NCBI GenBank assembly: GCA_964016885.1
Contig: OZ024754.1
Location: 20,708,001 to 20,772,000 of the forward strand
Direction of reading: 5' to 3'
Length of the DNA stretch: 64,000 bases
Source of the DNA: Eledone cirrhosa
Lineage: Eukaryota
Part shown: one piece after another, positions 46,550-62,000 of the stretch
How positions within the stretch are numbered: position 1 is the first letter of the stretch
Layout: the number at the start of each line of letters is the position of its first letter
The notes under the pieces: model-generated
Seen by the model: only the letters and a program-made list of their open reading frames with translations
What the model was told of the DNA's origin: nothing
The model's database searches: none
Made by a program: the position numbers and the translations under genes

Positions 46550-49500
46550 TCCCTCCCATATTACCCTTTGTATTAACATAGACTCCCTCCCATATTACCC
46601 TTGGTATTAACATAGACTCCCTCCCATATTAGCCTTGGTATTAACATAGAGACCCCCCCCCCCCCATATTACCCTCGGTATTAATATAGACTCACTCCCA
46701 TATTACCCTTGGTATTAACATAAACCCCCTCCCATATTACCCATGGTATTAACATAGACTCCCTCCCATATAACCCTTGGTATTAACATAGACTCCCTCC
46801 CATATTACCCTTGGTATTAACATAGAGAATCCCTCCCATATTACCCTTGGTATTAACATAGACTCCCTCCCATATTACCCTTGGTATTAACATAGACTCC
46901 CTCCCATATTACCCTTAGTATTAACATAGAGACTCCCTCCCATATTAACATTGGTATTAACATAGACTCCCTCCCATATTGCCCTTGGTATTAACATAGA
47001 CTCCCTCCCATATTACCCTTGGTATTAACATAGACTCCTCCCATATTACCCTTGGTATTAACATAGATTCCCTCCCATATTAGCCTTGGTATTAATATAG
47101 AGACTCCGCCCCCCCATTTTACCCTTGGTATTAACATAGACTCGCTCTCATATTACCCTTGGTATTAACATAGACTCCCTCCCATATTACCCTTGGTATT
47201 AACATAGACTACCTCCCATATTACCCTTTGTATTAACATATACTCCCTCCCATATTACACTTGGTATTAACATAGGGACTCCCTCCATTATTACCCTTGG
47301 TATTAACATAGAGACTCCCCCCCATATTACCCTTCGTATTAATATAGAGACTCCCCCCCATATTACCCTTGGTATTAATATAGAGACTCCCTCCCATATT
47401 AACCTTGGTGTTAACATAGACTCCCTCCCATATTACCCTTGGTATTAACATAGAGACCGCCCCCCCATATTACCCTTGGTATTAACATAGACTCCCTCCC
47501 ATATTACCCTTGGTATTAACATAGACTCCATCCCATATTACCCTTGGTATTAACATAGACTCCCTCACATATTACAATTGGTGTTAACATAGACTCCCTC
47601 CCATATTACCGTTGGTATTAACATAGGGACTCCATCCCATATTAGCCTTGGTATTAACATAGACTCCCTCCCATTTTAGCCTGGGTATGTACATAGACTC
47701 CCTCCCATATTACCCTAGGTATTAAAATAGACTCCCTCCCATATTACCCTTGGTATTAACATAGGGACTCCCTCCCATATTACCCTTGGTATTAACATAG
47801 AGACTCCCTCCCATATTACTCTTGGTATTAACATAGACTACCTCCCATATTATCCTGGGTCTTAACATAGACTCCCTCCCATATTAGACTTGGTATTAAC
47901 ATAGACTCCCTCCCATATTACCCTTGGTATTAACATAGACTCCCTCCCATATTACCCTTGGTATTAACATAGGGCCTCCCTCCCATATTACCATTGGTAT
48001 TAACATAGAGACTCCCCCCCCCATATTACCCTTGGTATTAATATAGAGACTCCCTCCCATATTACCCTTGGTATTAACATAGGGACTCCCTCCCATATTA
48101 GCCTTGGTATTAACATAGGGACTCCCTCCCATATTCGACTTGGTATTAACATAGACTCCCTCCCATATTACCCTTGGTATTAACATAGACTCCCTCCCAT
48201 ATTACCCTTGGTATTAACATAGACTCCTCCCATATTACCCTTGGTATTAACATAGACTCCCTCCCATATTAGCCTTGGTATTAATATAGAGACTCCGCCC
48301 CCCATATTACCCTTGGTATTAACATAGACTTGCTCCCATATTACCCTTGGTATTAACATAGACTCCCTCCCATATTAGACTTGGTATTAACATAGACTCC
48401 CTGCCATATTACCCTTTGTATTAACATAGACTCCCTCCCATATTACCCTTGGTATTAACATAGACTCCCTCCCATATTACCCTTGGTATTAACATAGACT
48501 CCCTCTCATATTACCCTTTGTATTAACATAGACTCCCTCCCATATTACCCTTGGTATTAACATAGACTCCCTCCCATATTAGCCTTGGTATTAACATTGA
48601 GACTCCCCCCCCCCCCATATTACCCTCGGTATTAATATAGACTCACTCCCATATTACCCATGGTATTAACATAGACTCCCTCCCATATAACCCTTGGTAT
48701 TAACATAGACTCCCTCCCATATTACCCTTGGTATTAACATAGAGAATCCCTCCCATATTACCCTTGGTATTAACATAGACTCCCTCCCATATTACCCTTG
48801 GTATTAACATAGACTCCCTCCCATATTACCCTTAGTATTAACATAGAGACTCCCTCCCATATTAACATTGGTATTAACATAGACTCCCTCCCATATTGCC
48901 CTTGGTATTAACATAGACTCCCTCCCATATTACCCTTGGTATTAACATAGACTCCTCCCATATTACCCTTGGTATTAACATAGACTCCCTCCCATATTAG
49001 CCTTGGTATTAATATTGAGACTCCGCCCCCCCATTTTACCCTTGGTATTAACATAGACTCGCTCCCATATTACCCTTGGTATTAACATAGACTCCCTCCC
49101 ATATTACTCTTGGTATTAACATAGACTACCTCCCATATTACCCTTTGTATTAACATAGACTCCCTCCCATATTACCCTTGGTATTAACATAGGGACTCCC
49201 TCCATTATTACCCTTGGTATTAACATAGAGACTCCCCCCCATATTACCCTTGGTTTATAATATAGAGACTCCCCCCCATATTACCCTTGGTATTAATATA
49301 GAGACTCCCTCCCATATTAACCTTGGTGTTAACACAGACTCCCTCCCATATTACCCTTGGTATTAACATAGAGACCGCCCCCCCATATTACCCTTGGTAT
49401 TAACATAGACTCCCTCCCATATTACCCTTGGTATTAACATAGACTCCATCCCATATTACCCTTGGTATTAACATAGACTCCCTCACATATTACAACTGGT

Positions 49501-50330
49501 GTTAACATAGACTCCCTCCCATATTACCGTTGGTATTAACATAGGGACTCCATCCCATATTAGCCTTGGTATTAACATAGACTCCCTCCCATTTTAGCCT
49601 TGGTATTAACATAGACTACCTCCCATATTACCCTGGGTCTTAACATAGACTCCCTCCCATATTAGACTTGGTATTAACATAGACTCCCTCCCATATTACC
49701 CTTGGTATTAACATAGACTCCCTCCCATATTACCCTTGGTATTAACATAGGGCCTCCCTCCCATATTACCATTGGTATTAACATAGAGACTCCCCCCCAT
49801 ATTACCCTTGGTATTAATATAGAGACTCCCTCCCATATTACCCTTGGTATTAACATAGGGACTCCCTCCCATATTAGCCTTGGTATTAACATAGGGACTC
49901 CCTCCCATATTCGAATTGGTATTAACATAGACTCCCTCCCATATTACCCTTGGTATTAACATAGACTCCCTCCCATATTACCCTTGGTATTAACATAGAC
50001 TCCTCCCATATTACCCTTGGTATTAACATAGACTCCCTCCCATATTACCCTTGGTATTAACATAGACTCCCTCCCATATTACCCTTGGTATTAACATAGA
50101 CTCCTCCCATATTACCCTTGGTATTAACATAGACTCCCTCCCATATTACCCTTGGTATTAACATAGACTTGCTCCCATATTACCCTTGGTATTAACATAG
50201 ACTCCCTCCCATATTAGACTTGGTATTAACATAGACTCCCTCCCATATTACCCTTTGTATTAACATAGACTCCCTCCCATATTACCCTTGGTATTAACAT
50301 AGACTCCATCCCATATTACCCTTGGTATTA
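46550..50330. repeat. Imperfect tandem duplication, offset about 1.8-1.95 kb (about 46550-48490 vs about 48500-50330)
   Basis: A long C run followed by ACCCTCGG and GACTCACTCCC occurs at about 46651/48601. CATATAACCC and GAGAATCCC are shared, as are GGGCCTCCC..ACCATTGG (about 47972/49750) and ATTCGA (about 48133/49909). Confidence 0.8.
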
Positions 50331-53300
50331 ACATAGACTCCCTCCCATATTACCCTTGGTATTAACATAGACTCCCTGCCATATTACCCTTTGTATTAAC
50401 ATAGACTCCCTCACATATTACAATTGGTGTTAACATAGACTCCCACCCATATTACCCTTGGTATTAACATAGAGACTCCCCCCCATATTACCCTTGGTAT
50501 TAATGTAGAGACTCACTCCCATATTAACCTTGGTGTTAACATAGACTCCCTCCCATATTACCCTTGGTATTAACATAGGGACTCCCTCCCATATTAGCTT
50601 TGGTATTAACATAGGGACTCACTCCCATATTAGCCTTGGTATTTACATAGGCTCCCTCCCATATTACCCTTGGTATTAACATAGACTCCCTCCCATATTA
50701 CCCTTGGTATTAACATAGACTCCCTGCCATTTTACCCTTTGTATTAACATAGACTCCCGCCCATATTACCCTTGGTATTAACATAGACTCCATTCCATAT
50801 TAGCCTTGGTATTAACATAGAGACTCCCCCCCATATTACCCTTGGTATTAATATAGGCTCCCTCCCATATTACCCTTGGTATTAACATAGACCCCCTCCC
50901 ATATTACCCTTGGTATTAACATAGACTCCCTCCCATATTACCCTTGGTATTAACATAGAGAATCCCTCCCATATTACCCTTGGTATTAACATAGAATCCC
51001 TCCCATATTACCCTTGGTATTAACATAGACTCCCTCCCATATTACCCTTAGTATATAACATAGAGAATCCCTCCCATATTAACATTGGTATTAACATAGA
51101 CTCCCTCCCCTATTACCCTTGGTATTAACATAGACTCCCTCCCATATAAGACTTTGTATTAACATAGACTCCCTCCCATATTACCCTTGGTATTAACATA
51201 GTCTCCCTCCCATATTACCCTTGGTATTAACATAGGGACTCCCTCCCATATTACCCTTGGTATTAACATAGAGACTCCCCCCCATATTACGCTTGGTATT
51301 AATATAGAGACTCCCCCCCATATTACCCTTGGTATTAATATAGAGACTCCCTCCCATATTAACCTTGGTGTTAACATAGACTCCCTCCCATATTAACGTT
51401 GGTATTAACATAGGGACTCCCTCCCATATTACCCTTGGTATTAACATAGAGACCGCCCCCCCATATTACACTTGGTATTAACATAGACTCCCTCCCATAT
51501 TACCCTTGGTATTAACATAGACTCCATCACATATTACCCTTGGTATTAACATAGACTCCCTCACATATTACAATTGGTGTTAACATAGACTCCCTCCCAT
51601 ATTACCGTTGGTATTAACACAAGGACTCTCTCCCATATTAGCCTTGGTATTAACATAGGGACTCCCTCCCATATTAGACTTGGTATTAACATAGACTCCC
51701 TCCCATATTAGCCTTGGTATTTACATAGACTCCCTCCCATATTACCCTTGGTATTAACATAGACTCCCTCCCATATTACCCTTGGTATTAACATAGGGAC
51801 TCCCTCCCATATTACCCTTGGTATTAACATAGAGACTCCCTCCCATATTATCCTTGGTTTTAACATAGACTACCTCCCATTTTACCCTGGGTCTTAACAT
51901 AGACTCCCTCCCATATTAGACTTGGTATTAACATAGACTCCCTCCCATATTACCCTTGGTATTAACATAGACTCCCTCCCATATTACCCTTGGTATTAAC
52001 ATAGACTACCTGCCATATTACCCTTTGTATTAACATAGACTCCCTCCCATATTAACCTTGGTGTTAACATAGACTCCCTCCCATATTACCCTTGGTATTA
52101 ACATAGGGACTCCCTCCCATATTAGCCTTGGTATTAACATAGGGACTCCCTCCCATATTAGACTTGGTATTAACATAGACTCCCTCCCATATTACCCTTC
52201 GTATTAACATAGACTCCTCCCATATTACCCTTGGTATTAACATAGACTCCCTCCCATATTAGCCTTGGTATTAATATAGAGACTCCGCCCCCCATATTAC
52301 CCTTGGTATTAAGATAGACTCCCTCCCATATTAGACTTGGTATTAACATAGACTCCCTGCCATATTACCCTTTGTATTAACATAGACTCCCTCCCATATT
52401 ACCCTTGGTATTAACATAGACTCCCAACCATATTACCGTTGGTATTAACATAGGGACTCTCTCCCATATTAGCCTTGGTATTAACATAGGGACTCCCTCC
52501 CATATTAGCCTTGGTATTAACATAGGGACTCCCTCCCATATTACCCTTGGTATTAACATAGAGACTCCCCCCCATATTACCCTTGGTATTAATGTAGAGA
52601 CTCCCTCCCATGTTAACCTTGGTGTTAACATAGACTCCCTCCCATATTAGCCTTGGTATTAACATAGAGACTCCCCCCCCATATTACCCTTGGTATTAAT
52701 GTAGACTCCCTCCCATATTACCCTTGGTATTAACATAGAACCCCTCCCATATTACCCATGGTATTAACATAGACTCCCTCCCATATTACCCTTGGTATTA
52801 ACATAGACTCCCTGCCATATTACCCTTTGTATTAACATAGACTCCCTCCCATATTACCCTTGGTATTAACATAGACTCCATCCCATATTACCCTTGGTAT
52901 TAACATAGACTCCCTCACATATTACAATTGGTGTTAACATAGACTCCCAACCATATTACCGTTGGTATTAACATAGGGACTCTCTCCCATATTAGCCTTG
53001 GTATTAACATAGGGACTCCCTCCCATATTAGCCTTGGTATTAACATAGACTCCCTCCCATATTAGCCTTGGTATTTACATAGACTCCCTCCCATATTACC
53101 CTTGGTATTAACATAGACTCCCTCCCATATTAACCTTGGTATTAACATAGACTCCCTCCCATATTACTCTTGGTATTAACATAGACTCCCTCCCATATTA
53201 CCCTTGGTATTAACATAGACTCCCTCCCATATTGCCCTTGGTATTAACATAGACTCCCTCCCATATTACCCTTGGTATTAACATAGACTCCTCCCATATT

Positions 53301-56300
53301 ACCCTTGGTATTAACATAGACTCCCTCCCATATTAGCCTTGGTATTAATATAGAGACTCCGCCCCCCCATTTTACCCTTGGTATTAACATAGACTAGCTC
53401 CCATATTACCCTTGGTATTAACATAGACTCCCTCCCATATTACTCTTGGTATTAACATAGACTACCTCCCATATTACCCTTTGTATTAACATAGACTCCC
53501 TCCCATATTACCCTTGGTATTAACATAGGGACTCCCTCCATTATTACCCTTGGTATTAACATAGAGACTCCCCCCCATATTACCCTTGGTTTATAATATA
53601 GACTCCCCCCCATATTACCCTTGGTATTAATATAGAGACTCCCTCCCATATTAACCTTGGTGTTAACACAGACTCCCTCCCATATTACCCTTGGTATTAA
53701 CATAGAGACCGCCCCCCCATATTACCCTTGGTATTAACATAGACTCCCTCCCATATTACCCTTGGTATTAACATAGACTCCATCCCATATTACCCTTGGT
53801 ATTAACATAGACTCCCTCACATATTACAACTGGTGTTAACATAGACTCCCTCCCATATTACCGTTGGTATTAACATAGGGACTCCATCCCATATTAGCCT
53901 TGGTATTAACATAGACTCCCTCCCATTTTAGCCTTGGTATGTACATAGACTCCCTCCCATATTACCCTTGGTATTAACATAGGGACTCCCTCCCATATTA
54001 CCCTTGGTATTAACATAGAGTCTCCCTCCCATATTACTCTTGGTATTAACATAGACTACCTCCCATATTACCCTGGGTCTTAACATAGACTCCCTCCCAT
54101 ATTAGACTTGGTATTAACATAGACTCCCTCCCATATTACCCTTGGTATTAACATAGACTCCCTCCCATATTACCCTTGGTATTAACATAGGGCCTCCCTC
54201 CCATATTACCATTGGTATTAACATAGAGACTCCCCCCATATTACCCTTGGTATTAATATAGAGACTCCCTCCCATATTACCCTTGGTATTAACATAGGGA
54301 CTCCCTCCCATATTAGCCTTGGTATTAACATAGGGACTCCCTCCCATATTCGAATTGGTATTAACATAGACTCCCTCCCATATTACCCTTGGTATTAACA
54401 TAGACTCCCTCCCATATTACCCTTGGTATTAACATAGACTCCTCCCATATTACCCTTGGTATTAACATAGACTCCCTCCCATATTACCCTTGGTATTAAC
54501 ATAGACTCCCTCCCATATTACCGTTGGTATTAACATAGACTCCTCCCATATTACCCTTGGTATTAACATAGACTCCCTCCCATATTACCCTTGGTATTAA
54601 CATAGACTTGCTCCCATATTACCCTTGGTATTAACATAGACTCCCTCCCATATTAGACTTGGTATTAACATAGACTCCCTGCCATATTACCCTTTGTATT
54701 AACATAGACTCCCTCCCATATTACCCTTGGTATTAACATAGACTCCATCCCATATTACCCTTGGTATTAACATAGACTCCCTCCCATATTACCCTTGGTA
54801 TTAACATAGACTCCCTGCCATATTACCCTTTGTATTAACATAGACTCCCTCACATATTACAATTGGTGTTAACATAGACTCCCACCCATATTACCCTTGG
54901 TATTAACATAGAGACTCCCCCCCATATTACCCTTGGTATTAATGTAGAGACTCACTCCCATATTAACCTTGGTGTTAACATAGACTCCCTCCCATATTAC
55001 CCTTGGTATTAACATAGGGACTCCCTCCCATATTAGCTTTGGTATTAACATAGGGACTCACTCCCATATTAGCCTTGGTATTTACATAGGCTCCCTCCCA
55101 TATTACCCTTGGTATTAACATAGACTCCCTCCCATATTACCCTTGGTATTAACATAGACTCCCTGCCATTTTACCCTTTGTATTAACATAGACTCCCGCC
55201 CATATTACCCTTGGTATTAACATAGACTCCCTTCCATATTAGCCTTGGTATTAACATAGAGACTCCCCCCCATATTACCCTTGGTATTAATATAGGCTCC
55301 CTCCCATATTACCCTTGGTATTAACATAGACCCCCTCCCATATTACCCTTGGTATTAACATAGACACCCTCCCATATTACCCTTGGTATTAACATAGAGA
55401 ATCCCTCCCATATTACCCTTGGTATTAACATAGAATCCCTCCCATATTACCCTTGGTATTAACATAGACTCCCTCCCATATTACCCTTAGTATTAACATA
55501 GAGAATCCCTCCCATATTAACATTGGTATTAACATAGACTCCCTCCCATATTACCCTTGGTATTAACATAGACTCCCTCCCATATAAGACTTTGTATTAA
55601 CATAGACTCCCTCCCATATTACCCTTGGTATTAACATAGTCTCCCTCCCATATTACCCTTGGTATTAACATAGGGACTCCCTCCAATATTACCCTTGGTA
55701 TTAACATAGAGACTCCCCCCCATATTACGCTTGGTATTAATATAGAGACTCCCCCCCATATTACCCTTGGTATTAATATAGAGACTCCCTCCCATATTAA
55801 CCTTGGTGTTAACATAGACTCCCTCCCATATTAACGTTGGTATTAACATAGGGACTCCCTCCCATATTACCCTTGGTATTAACATAGAGACCGCCCCCCC
55901 ATATTACACTTGGTATTAACATAGACTCCCTCCCATATTACCCTTGGTATTAACATAGACTCCATCACATATTACCCTTGGTATTAACATAGACTCCCTC
56001 ACATATTACAATTGGTGTTAACATAGACTCCCTCCCATATTACCGTTGGTATTAACACAAGGACTCTCTCCTATATTAGCCTTGGTATTAACATAGGGAC
56101 TCCCTCCCATATTAGACTTGGTATTAACATAGACTCCCTCCCATATTAGCCTTGGTATTTACATAGACTCCCTCCCATATTACCCTTGGTATTAACATAG
56201 ACTCCCTCCCATATTACCCTTGGTATTAACATAGGGACTCCCTCCCATATTACCCTTGGTATTAACATAGAGACTCCCTCCCATATTATCCTTGGTTTTA

Positions 56301-57660
56301 ACATAGACTACCTCCCATTTTACCCTGGGTCTTAACATAGACTCCCTCCCATATTAGACTTGGTATTAACATAGACTCCCTCCCATATTACCCTTGGTAT
56401 TAACATAGACTCCCTCCCATATTACCCTTGGTATTAACATAGACTACCTGCCATATTACCCTTTGTATTAACATAGACTCCCTCCCATATTAACCTTGGT
56501 GTTAACATAGACTCCCTCCCATATTACCCTTGGTATTAACATAGGGACTCCCTCCCATATTAGCCTTGGTATTAACATAGGGACTCCCTCCCATATTAGA
56601 CTTGGTATTAACATAGACTCCCTCCCATATTACCCTTCGTATTAACATAGACTCCTCCCATATTACCCTTGGTATTAACATAGACTCCCTCCCATATTAG
56701 CCTTGGTATTAATATAGAGACTCCGCCCCCCATATTACCCTTGGTATTAACATAGACTCCCTCCCATATTAGACTTGGTATTAACATAGACTCCCTGCCA
56801 TATTACCCTTTGTATTAACATAGACTCCCTCCCATATTACCCTTGGTATTAACATAGACTCCATTCCATATTACCCTTGGTATTAACATAGACTCCCTCA
56901 CACATTACAATTGTTGTTAACATAGACTCCCAACCATATTACCGTTGGTATTAACATAGGGACTCTCTCCCATATTAGCCTTGGTATTAACATAGGGACT
57001 CCCTCCCATATTAGCCTTGGTATTAACATAGGGACTCCCTCCCATATTACCCTTGGTATTAACATAGAGACTCCCCCCCCATATTACCCTTGGTATTAAT
57101 GTAGAGACTCCCTCCCATGTTAACCTTGGTGTTAACATAGACTCCCTCCCATATTAGCCTTGGTATTAACATAGAGACTCCCCCCCCATATTACCCTTGG
57201 TATTAATGTAGACTCCCTCCCATATTACCCTTGGTATTAACATAGAACCCCTCCCATATTACCCATGGTATTAACATAGACTCCCTCCCATATTACCCTT
57301 GGTATTAACATAGACTCCCTGCCATATTACCCTTTGTATTAACATAGACTCCCTCCCATATTACCCTTGGTATTAACATAGACTCCATCCCATATTACCC
57401 TTGGTATTAACATAGACTCCCTCACATATTACAATTGGTGTTAACATAGACTCCCAACCATATTACCGTTGGTATTAACATAGGGACTCTCTCCCATATT
57501 AGCCTTGGTATTAACATAGGGACTCCCTCCCATATTAGCCTTGGTATTAACATAGACTCCCTCCCATATTAGCCTTGGTATTTACATAGACTCCCTCCCA
57601 TATTACCCTTGGTATTAACATAGACTCCCTCCCATATTAACCTTGGTATTAACATAGAGA
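48870..57660. repeat. Tandem segmental duplication, offset 4336 to about 4507 bp, mostly about 4439 (copy 1 about 48870-53150, copy 2 about 53200-57660)
   Basis: Private variants TGGTTTATAAT (49251/53587), ACAACTGG, TTCGAATTGG, CATATAAGACTTTG, AACACAAGGACT and ACCCTTCGTATT each occur in both copies. ORF pairs 50430/54869 and 51159/55597. Confidence 0.92.
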
Positions 57661-59094
57661 CTCCCTCCCATATTATCCTTGGTATTAACATAGACTCCCT
57701 GCCATATTACCCTCTGTATTAACATAGACTAACTCCCATATTACTCTGGGTCTTAACATAGACTCCCTCCCATATTAGACTAGGTATTAACATAGACTCC
57801 CTCCCATATTACCCTTGGTATTAACATAGGGACTCTCTCCCATATTACCCTTGGTATTAACATAGAGACTCCCCCCCATATTACCCTTGGTATTAATGTA
57901 GAGACTCCCTCCCATATTAACCTTGGTGTTAACATAGACTCCCTCCCATATTAGCCTTGGTATTAACATAGGGACTCCCTCCCATATTAGCCTTGGTATT
58001 AACATAGAGACTCCCTCCCATATTAGCCTTGGTATTTACATAGACTCCCTCCCATATTACCCTTGGTATTAACATAGACTCCCTCCCATATTACCCTTGG
58101 TATTAACATAGACTACCTGCCATATTACCCTTTGTATTAACATAGACTCCCTCCCATATTACCCTTGGTATTAACATAGACTCCCTCCCATATTAGCCTT
58201 GGTATTAACATAGAGACTCCCCCCCCCATATTACCCTCGGTATTAATATAGACTCACTCCCATATTACCCTTGGTATTAACATAAACCCCCTCCCATATT
58301 ACTCATGGTATTAACATAGACTCCTCCCATATTACCCTTGGTATTAACATAGACTCCCTCCCATATTAGCCTTGGTATTAATATAGAGACTCCGCTTCCC
58401 CCCCCATTTTACCCTTGGTATTAACATAGACTCGCTCCCATATTACCCTTGGTATTAACATAGACTCCCTCCCATATTACCCTTGGTATTAACATAGACT
58501 ACCTCCCATATTACCCTGGGTCTTAACATAGTCTCCCTCTCATATTAGACTTGGTATTAACATAGACTCCCTGCCATATTACCCTTTGTATTAACATAGA
58601 CTCCCTCCCATATTACCCTTGGTATTAACATAGGGACTCCCTCCATTATTACCCTTGGTATTAACATAGAGACTCCCCCCCATATTACCCTTGGTATTAA
58701 TATAGAGACTCCCTCCCATATTAACCTTGGTGTTAACATAGACTCCCTCCCATATTACCCTTGGTATTAACATAGAGACCGCCCCCCCATATTACCCTTG
58801 GTATTAACATAGACTCCCTCCCATATTACCCTTGGTATTAACATAGACTCCATCCCATATTACCCTTGGTATTAACATAGACTCCCTCACATATTACAAT
58901 TGGTGTTAACATAGACTCCCTCCCATATTACCGTTGGTATTAACAAAGGGACTCCATCCCATATTAGCCTTGGTATTAACATAGACTCCCTCCCATTTTA
59001 GCCTTGGTATGTACATAGACTCCCTCCCATATTACCCTTGGTATTAACATAGACTCCCTCCCATATTACCCTTGGTATTAACATTGGGACTCCC

Positions 59095-62000
59095 TCCCAT
59101 ATTACCCTTGGTATTAACATAGAGACTCCCTCCCATATTACTCTTGGTATTAACATAGACTACCTCCTATATTACCCTGGCTCTTAACATAGACTCCCTC
59201 CCATATTAGACTTGGTATTAACATAGACTCCCTCCCATATTACCCTTGGTATTAACATAGACTCCCTCCCATATTACCCTTGGTATTAACATAGGGACTC
59301 CCTCCCATATTACCATTGGTATTAACATAGAGACTCCCCCCCATATTACCCTTGGTATTAATATAGAGACTCCCTCCCATATTACCCTTGGTATTAACAT
59401 AGGGACTCCCTCCCATATTAGCCTTGGTATTAACATAGGGACTCCCTCCCATATTCGACTTGGTATTAACATAGACTCCCTCCCATATTACCCTTGGTAT
59501 TAACATAGACTCCCTCCCATATTACCCTTGGTATTAACATAGACTCCTCCCATATTACCCTTGGTATTAACATAGACTCCCTCCCATATTAGCCTTGGTA
59601 TTAATATAGAGACTCCGCCCCCCATATTACCCTTGGTATTAACATAGACTTGCTCCCATATTACCCTTGGTATTAACATAGACTCCCTCCCATATTAGAC
59701 TTGGTATTAACATAGACTCCCTGCCATATTACCCTTTGTATTAACATAGACTCCCTCCCATATTACCCTTGGTATTAACATAGACTCCATCCCATATTAC
59801 CCTTGGTATTAACATAGACTCCCTCACATATTACAATTGGTGTTAACATAGACTCCCACCCATATTACCGTTGGTATTAACATAGGGACTCTCTCCCATA
59901 TTAACCTTGGTGTTAACATAGACTCCCTCCCATATTACCCTTGGTATTAACATAGGGACTCCCTCCCATATTAGCCTTGGTATTAACATAGGGACTCCCT
60001 CCCATATTAGCCTTGGTATTAACATAGACTACCTCCCTTATTACCCTGGGTCTTAACATAGACTACCTACCATATTAGACTTGGTATTAACATAGACTCC
60101 CTCCCATATTACCCTTGGTATTAACACAGACTCCCTCCCATATTACCCTTGGTATTAACATAGGGACTCCCTCCCATATTACCCTTGGTATTAACATAGA
60201 GACTCCCCCCCATATTACCCTTGGTATTAATATAGAGACTCCCTCCCATATTAACCTTGGTGTTAACATAGACTCCCTCCCATATTACCCTTGGTATTAA
60301 CATAGGGACTCCCTCCCATATTAGACTTGGTATTAACATAGACTCCCTCCCATATTACCCTTGGTATTAACATAGACTCCCTCCCATATTACCCTTGGTA
60401 TTAACATAGACTCCTCCCATATTACCCTTGGTATTAACATAGACTCCCTCCCATATTAGCCTTGGTATTAATATAGAGACTCCGACCCCCATATTACCCT
60501 TTCTATAAACTTAGACTCGCTCCCATATTACCCTTGGTATTAACATAAACTCCCTCCCATATTACCCTTGGTATTAACATAGACTACCTCCCATATTACC
60601 CTGGGTCTTAACTTAGACTCCCTCCCATATTAGACTTGGTATTAACATAGACTCCCTGCCATATTACCCTTTGTATTTACATAGACTCCCTCCCATATTA
60701 CCCTTGGTATTAACATAGACTCCCTCCCATATTACCCTTGGTATTAACATAGAGACTCCCCCCCATATAACCCTTGGTATTAATATAGAGACTCCCCCCC
60801 ATATTACCCTTGGTATTAATATAGAGACTCCCTCCCATATTAACCTTGGTGTTAACATAGACTCCCTCCCATATTACCCTTGGTATTAACATAGGGACTC
60901 CCTCCCATATTACCCTTGGTATTAACATAGAGACCGCCCCCCCCCCATATTACCCTTGGTATTAACATAGACTCCCTCCCATATTACCCTTGGTATTAAC
61001 ATAGACTCCATCCCATATTACCCTTGGTATTAACATAGACTCCCTCACATATTACAATTGGTGTTAACATAGACTCCCTCCCATATTACCGTTGGTATTA
61101 ACACAGGGACTCTCTCCCATATTACCCTTGGTATTAACATAGAGACTCCCTCCCATATTACTCTTGGTATTAACATAGACTACCTCCTATATTACCCTGG
61201 CTCTTAACATAGACTCCCTCCCATATTAGACTTGGTATTAACATAGACTCCCTCCCATATTACCCTTGGTATTAACATAGACTCCCTCCCATATTACCCT
61301 TGGTATTAACATAGGGACTCCCTCCCATATTACCATTGGTATTAACATAGAGACTCCCCCCCATATTACCCTTGGTATTAATATAGAGACTCCCTCCCAT
61401 ATTACCCTTGGTATTAACATAGGGACTCCCTCCCATATTAGCCTTGGTATTAACATAGGGACTCCCTCCCATATTCGACTTGGTATTAACATAGACTCCC
61501 TCCCATATTACCCTTGGTATTAACATAGACTCCCTCCCATATTACCCTTGGTATTAACATAGACTCCTCCCATATTACCCTTGGTATTAACATAGACTCC
61601 CTCCCATATTAGCCTTGGTATTAATATAGAGACTCCGCACCCCATATTACCCTTGGTATTAACATAGACTTGCTCCCATATTACCCTTGGTATTAACATA
61701 GACTCCCTCCCATATTAGACTTGGTATTAACATAGATTCCCTGCCATATTACCCTTTGTATTAACATAGACTCCCTCCCATATTACCCTTGGTATTAACA
61801 TAGACTCCATCCCATATTACCCTTGGTATTAACATAGACTCCCTCACATATTACAATTGGTGTTAACATAGACTCCCACCCATATTACCGTTGGTATTAA
61901 CATAGGGACTCTCTCCCATATTAACCTTGGTGTTAACATAGACTCCCTCCCATATTACCCTTGGTATTAACATAGGGACTCCCTGCCATATTAGCCTTGG

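Noticed and set aside
15680-51060. Singleton 1-bp indels (AGCCTTGTATT about 15683, ATTACCTTGG about 37198, GTATATAACA about 51051)
   Set aside because: Each is seen once and is absent from the paralogous copy where one exists, so it cannot be distinguished from consensus error.
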